Source: Nitrospirota bacterium
GTDB lineage: Bacteria; Nitrospirota; UBA9217
Assembly (NCBI GenBank): GCA_963740085.1
Contig: CAVUCU010000001.1
Location: 640,001-704,000 of the forward strand
Reading direction: 5' to 3'
Length of the DNA: 64,000 nucleotides
Shown: positions 59,497 through 64,000 of the stretch, one piece after another
Layout: each line of letters starts with the position of its first letter
Position numbering within the stretch: position 1 is the first letter of the stretch
The notes under the pieces: generated by a model
Told to the model about the DNA's origin: nothing
The model's input: the letters and a program-made list of their open reading frames with translations, nothing else
The model's database searches: none
Translations under genes and position numbers: made by a program

Positions 59497-61431
59497 TTAC
59501 TTCTTGAACACCACCATACCCAGCGGCGGGATGGTGACCAACAGCGAATGCCCCCGGTGGTGGCACGGTTCCGCCGCGGCCTCAAGTCCGCCGAAATTCC
59601 CGAAACCGTTCCCGCCGTACTCCCCGGCATCGCTGTTCAACACCTCTTTCCAGAACCCGCCTTCGGGAACGCCGACCCGATAGCCAACGCGCGGCACCGG
59701 CGTGAAGTTGAACACCACGAGGAGCAGGTCGCTGCCCGACCTTGATTTTCTCAGATAACTTATGACGCACGCGTCCTGATCGCTGAAATCGACCCATTCG
59801 AACCCCGAGTTCTCGAAATCGAGCTCATACAGCGCGGGTTCATTCCGATACAGGTGATTCAGATCCCTGACCCATTTCCAGACGCCGTAATGGGACTGAT
59901 ACTGCAGGAGATGCCATTCGATGCTCTGCTCATGGTTCCACTCGGCCCATTGGCCTATCTCGTTGCCCATGAAGAGAAGCTTCTTGCCCGGATGCGTATA
60001 GAGGTAGCCGAAGAGAAGCCGCAAGTTCGCCATTTTCTGCAGACCGCTTCCCGGCATCTTGCCCGCGAGGGCGCCTTTTCCGTGTACCACCTCGTCATGC
60101 GACAGGGGAAGCATGAAGTTCTCAAAAAAAGCGTACCATATGCTGAAGGTGATGTCGTTGTAGTGGTACTTGCGGAAGACCGGGTCCACGGAAAAATAAT
60201 CGAGTGCGTCATGCATCCATCCCATGTTCCACTTCATACCGAAGCCCAGCCCGCCGACGTGAATAGGCCGCGAGACCATGGGCCAGGAAGTCGATTCCTC
60301 GGCGATCGTCTGAACATCGGGGAAGGCGCGGTATACCTCTCGGTTCAGGCTCTTGAGAAAATCGATGGCATCAAGGTTCTCCCTGCCGCCGAACTGGTTC
60401 GGGATCCACTCACCGTCCTTGCGGGCATAATCGAGGTAGAGCATTGACGCCACCGCATCGATCCGGAGACCGTCGGCGTGGTATTTATCAAGCCAGAAAA
60501 GCGCGCTGCTGATCAGAAAGTTCCGCACCTCGTACCGGCCGAGGTTAAAGATGTAGCTCTTCCATTCGGGGTGAAAGCCCTTCCTCGGGTCCTCGTGCTC
60601 ATAGAGGTGCGTGCCGTCAAAATACACAAGACCGTGTGCATCATCGGGGAAGTGCGACGGTACCCAGTCAAGGACCACGCCAATCCCCTCCTGGTGCAGC
60701 CGGTCGATCAAGTACATAAAGTCCTGAGGCGTGCCGTAGCGGCTCGTGGGCGCAAAGTAGCCCGTGACCTGGTATCCCCAGGAGCCGTAAAAAGGGTGCT
60801 CCATCACGGGCATGAACTCCACGTGCGTGAATCCCATGTCCTTGAGATACTCAGGGAGATAGTCGGCCAGTTCCCGGTAGGTGAGCGAACGGTTGTGCTC
60901 CTCCGGCACCCTGCGCCATGAACCGATATGGAGTTCATAGACTGACCACGGGGCATTGAGCGAGTTCTTCGCATGCCGGTCCTTCATCCATGGCGTATCT
61001 CCCCAGGTATACGCGAGGTCCCAGACCATCGAGGATGTTCGGGGCGGCGTCTCCCACGATATTGCAAAGGGATCGCCCTTGTCGGCCTGGTGCTGGTCAT
61101 GCAGGGAAATAATATGATACTTGTACAGCGAACCATTCAAGACGCCGGGTATGAACCCTTCCCAGATTCCCGACCCATCGTCGCGGACCGCAAGAGGATG
61201 GCTGTCGTTGTTCCATGCATTGAAATCTCCGATCACCGAGACCTTGGCCGCGTTCGGAGCCCACACCGCAAAGAGCGTGCCTTTTGCGCCGTCAATGGTC
61301 ATGAGGTGGGAACCGAGCTTTTCGTAGAGGCCGAAATGGTTCCCTTCCTTAAAAAGATAGATGTCGTGGCCCGTAAGCAGGCTCACCCCGAGGATCACAC
61401 TGCTCTTCTTTTTAACCCTGTTAGCGCTCAT
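59497..61431 (-). CDS. glgB: 1,4-alpha-glucan branching enzyme
   Basis: FAVWAPNA, YELHIGSW, SWGYQ, DWVPSHF, RIDAVASM, AEEST, LSHDEVVHGK. Confidence 0.96.
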   Translation of the reverse strand: MSANRVKKKSSVILGVSLLTGHDIYLFKEGNHFGLYEKLGSHLMTIDGAKGTLFAVWAPNAAKVSVIGDFNAWNNDSHPLAVRDDGSGIWEGFIPGVLNGSLYKYHIISLHDQHQADKGDPFAISWETPPRTSSMVWDLAYTWGDTPWMKDRHAKNSLNAPWSVYELHIGSWRRVPEEHNRSLTYRELADYLPEYLKDMGFTHVEFMPVMEHPFYGSWGYQVTGYFAPTSRYGTPQDFMYLIDRLHQEGIGVVLDWVPSHFPDDAHGLVYFDGTHLYEHEDPRKGFHPEWKSYIFNLGRYEVRNFLISSALFWLDKYHADGLRIDAVASMLYLDYARKDGEWIPNQFGGRENLDAIDFLKSLNREVYRAFPDVQTIAEESTSWPMVSRPIHVGGLGFGMKWNMGWMHDALDYFSVDPVFRKYHYNDITFSIWYAFFENFMLPLSHDEVVHGKGALAGKMPGSGLQKMANLRLLFGYLYTHPGKKLLFMGNEIGQWAEWNHEQSIEWHLLQYQSHYGVWKWVRDLNHLYRNEPALYELDFENSGFEWVDFSDQDACVISYLRKSRSGSDLLLVVFNFTPVPRVGYRVGVPEGGFWKEVLNSDAGEYGGNGFGNFGGLEAAAEPCHHRGHSLLVTIPPLGMVVFKK

Positions 61432-61612
61432 GCCGCATCCTCCGATTGTTCCAATGAAAAGTATAGCATAGAAGGCAGTTTGGTAGCTATCAATATCCGC
61501 CTGGTTACGACCCGAGACTCAATATCGTTACGGAATTTGACACTCGATATACTTTATGCTACGTTTAAATCAGAGACACACAAATGCAGAATACACCGCG
61601 GTGGAGGACATT

Positions 61613-62146
61613 ATGAAAATTCCTTTACAGATCACCTTTCGAAACATGCCGCATTCCGATGCTATTGAGGCAAAAATCACTGAGAAGGTCGCCAAATTGG
61701 ACAGATATTACGACAGGATCATGAGTTGCCGGGTCGTGGTCGAAGAATCACAGCGCCGGCAGCATCAGGGCAAAATTTTCAGCGTTCATGTCGACATTAC
61801 TGCACCCGGCAAGGAGCTGGCCGTGACCCGCGAAGAGAATGAAGATCCCTATGTCGCCGTCCGTGACGCCTTCAACACCGCCGCCAGATGGCTTGAGGAG
61901 CATGCCCGTCGGATGCGGGGTGAGGTGAAGACCCATGAGGAGCCGCCGGCGGGCCTCATCATCAGGATCATCCCCGACCAGTCTCACGGCTTCATCATCA
62001 CGCCGGATCATCGCGAGATCTATTTTCACCGCAATAGTGTTCTCAATGATGACTTCAATCAGTTGAAATTAGGGGTTGCAGTGACGTTCATCGAGGAGCA
62101 GGGGAAGGAAGGTCCCCAGGCAGCGCGCGTAGCGATCATCAGATGA
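61613..62146 (+). CDS. HPF/RaiA ribosome-associated domain fused to a cold-shock domain
   Basis: PLQITFRNM..S.AIE, YVAVRDAF, GFI..EIYFHRNSV, GPQA. Confidence 0.88.
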   Translation: MKIPLQITFRNMPHSDAIEAKITEKVAKLDRYYDRIMSCRVVVEESQRRQHQGKIFSVHVDITAPGKELAVTREENEDPYVAVRDAFNTAARWLEEHARRMRGEVKTHEEPPAGLIIRIIPDQSHGFIITPDHREIYFHRNSVLNDDFNQLKLGVAVTFIEEQGKEGPQAARVAIIR

Positions 62147-62256
62147 AATGAATATCTTCCGAGCCGGACACCCCTGAAGGCGGTAAGCTCAATTTATTGG
62201 CCGCGACGACACGCGCAATTTCTGCTGATGCAAGACGTGGAAGCAAATGCGCGCTG

Positions 62257-63168
62257 TCACTTCTGACGTGATTTCCCTATCAAGACAGAGCCTTTAGAAT
62301 GGGTAAGGATATTCCTTGATACGCTTCCCAGCATTCCTTTTATTCCCCTGAAACCCCTGTTGCCTACGGCGATAAGGTCGGCCTTCACCGTATCCGCGAT
62401 TTTCATTATTTCCGTCGATGGATCTCCAACCTTTGAAAGGACCTGGATCTTTTTGAATCGTTTCCGCAAATCGTCTCTGGCTTGTTCGATTATTTTCTCT
62501 GATTGCGATAATTCGATCGCTCGTGCGCCGGCCACGACCTCCTTGATCCGTTCATTTATTTCAAGCACGAACCGTTCCGGGATGTCGGAGAAACCCGACT
62601 CAACGATATTCACAATGGTGACTTCTGCCTCATCGGAGAAAGGAATGGAAGACAAGAACTCCCCCGTGGCCCGGGAAACGTCGGAGCCGTCAGTGGCAAA
62701 AAGGATCTTCACCGGACGAGAGGGCGCCCCTGACGCCGGTTTGACGGCCATCACCGGTTTCAATGCATTGATCGCAACCAGCCTCGTTACGCTTCCGATC
62801 AAAACCGACGCGATTCCCTTTATTCCCCGGGCCCCCATAACGATAAGGTCCGAGCCGGATGATTCGGCCGCATTGATGATGCATTGTTCCGGAGTACATC
62901 GGATAGGCGAACTTTCCTCGATCTCAACACTGATGCTTGCTTGAACCGGCTTGAGAACGGCCACCGCTGAATCAAGGATCCGGGGTGCGATCTCCGTTTT
63001 TATTGCTCTGAGCGTACTAAGATGAAACGCATGATCATCTTGAAACGGGATCTCGTAAATAGCATGAAAAACGGTTATTGCGTCGTCCCGTGACCACTGC
63101 ACGCGGGTCAGGAATTCAGCCGCATGTTCCGAATATTCGGAGCCATCTGTTGCAAATAATATTTTCAT
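62257..63168 (-). CDS. Tandem universal stress protein
   Basis: Two KILFATDGS domains; DLIVMGARG..GSV and DLIAVGNRG..LGSVS. Confidence 0.92.
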   Translation of the reverse strand: MKILFATDGSEYSEHAAEFLTRVQWSRDDAITVFHAIYEIPFQDDHAFHLSTLRAIKTEIAPRILDSAVAVLKPVQASISVEIEESSPIRCTPEQCIINAAESSGSDLIVMGARGIKGIASVLIGSVTRLVAINALKPVMAVKPASGAPSRPVKILFATDGSDVSRATGEFLSSIPFSDEAEVTIVNIVESGFSDIPERFVLEINERIKEVVAGARAIELSQSEKIIEQARDDLRKRFKKIQVLSKVGDPSTEIMKIADTVKADLIAVGNRGFRGIKGMLGSVSRNILTHSKGSVLIGKSRQK

Positions 63169-63549
63169 GTCGCCTCCCCGCGATCATCGAATATTACTGT
63201 ACTGCAGACTTTTCTTACTTCCGGAGCATGGAATGAAAGCTTCACTTCAGGCAGAACTCTCTGTTCTATTTGTCGATACTAGTATGATAGCATATTTCAT
63301 CCAAGAGAGTGCCCCAATCTCGGCCTTTTACAGAAGGGAAAACGGCAGATATCCACTTGCTGTACGGATAGCCTGAAAGACGATCTCTCACCGAGATAAC
63401 AGGTATGTCGCGGTCCTTTCAGAACGCGGGTCGTTCTTCAGGACCCCCGGGCGTCGGCCGGTGAATATGCGTCTTTCTCCAAATCGGCTTCTCGTCCCCT
63501 TTCTCCCGTCATGTTTTTATGTCCTGAGCAGTCACCTTCAGACGGATAA

Positions 63550-63575
63550 TTGATCAGGATCATGATATAGGTCAT
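63550..63575 (+). promoter_or_regulatory. Tandem FNR/Dnr/HcpR-like boxes
   Basis: TTGATcaggATCAT overlapping ATGATatagGTCAT upstream of the DUF2249 gene. Confidence 0.5.
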
Positions 63576-63645
63576 AGCAAACCCCGGACTTTTATCGTAG
63601 ATTACTATCGTAGAAATGTGGTTGAAATAAAAAAGGAGGTGTATT

Positions 63646-63873
63646 ATGGTGTTAAAAGAGTTGGACGTAACAACGATCATACCCCGGGACCGGCATCCCC
63701 TGATCTTTCGGACCTTCGATGAACTCGAGAAGGGTGCGGCATTCCTTCTCGCGAATGACCATGACCCCAAGCCGCTCTACTATTCATTCCTGCATGAGCG
63801 GGAAGGGCTCTTCGGCTGGGAGTACCTGGAAGAGGGACCCGTAACCTGGAAGGTCAGGATCTCTAAAAAGTGA
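63646..63873 (+). CDS. DUF2249 domain protein
   Basis: LDV..I.PRDRHPLIF..F..L..G...NDHDPKPL....F.WEYLEEGP..WKVRI. Confidence 0.88.
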   Translation: MVLKELDVTTIIPRDRHPLIFRTFDELEKGAAFLLANDHDPKPLYYSFLHEREGLFGWEYLEEGPVTWKVRISKK

Positions 63874-63935
63874 GCGCGAACAGCCGGGGGTTCTTCCCTC
63901 CGGCATCAATGCACCGATGAAAGGGCAATCACCAA

Positions 63936-64000
63936 GTGACCTTGAACATTGATTACGGCTTATGCGTTGGTTGCGGGGCTTGCGCCGAAATGTATCCGAT
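63936..64000 (+). CDS. Ferredoxin, N-terminal part (runs off the window; absent from the ORF track)
   Basis: GTG ACC TTG... translates VTLNIDYGLCVGCGACAEMYP (CxxCxxC). Confidence 0.65.
   Translation, partial: MTLNIDYGLCVGCGACAEMYP

Overview
Bacterial chromosomal segment. Gene content and order suggest an anaerobic or microaerobic Nitrospirota/Desulfobacterota-type organism (inference). Main blocks from left to right: RND permease end, crotonase, CBS protein and FmdB zinc-ribbon genes; lipid A acyltransferase and lipoate ligase; a large OmpB/MofA-like multicopper oxidase with a dockerin-like tail beside a lipoprotein; a two-component, sigma-54 and RpoS-like signalling cluster; a Rieske plus cytochrome b-c fusion; a respiratory island (24.2-38.6 kb); the housekeeping pheA-hisC-aroF-tyrA-aroA-cmk-ispH-rpsA-sppA-ihfB run with short-period inverted repeats in its spacers; GGDEF/EAL, RACo, glgC, a two-component pair and glgB; HPF-CSD, USP, DUF2249 and a ferredoxin start. 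The most unusual feature is in the respiratory island. A ~1 kb cassette (upstream element plus two small paralogous membrane-protein genes sharing a WRPxEAYLxG motif) occurs three times, upstream of a cytochrome c3/Fe-S/NrfD/13-heme cytochrome/cytochrome b module that has no catalytic subunit, followed by a NarL-type two-component system. Several genes carry single +1 insertions that look like sequencing errors. I recognised no rRNA, tRNA, CRISPR array or transposase. All family assignments come from motif recognition by eye, not database searches.
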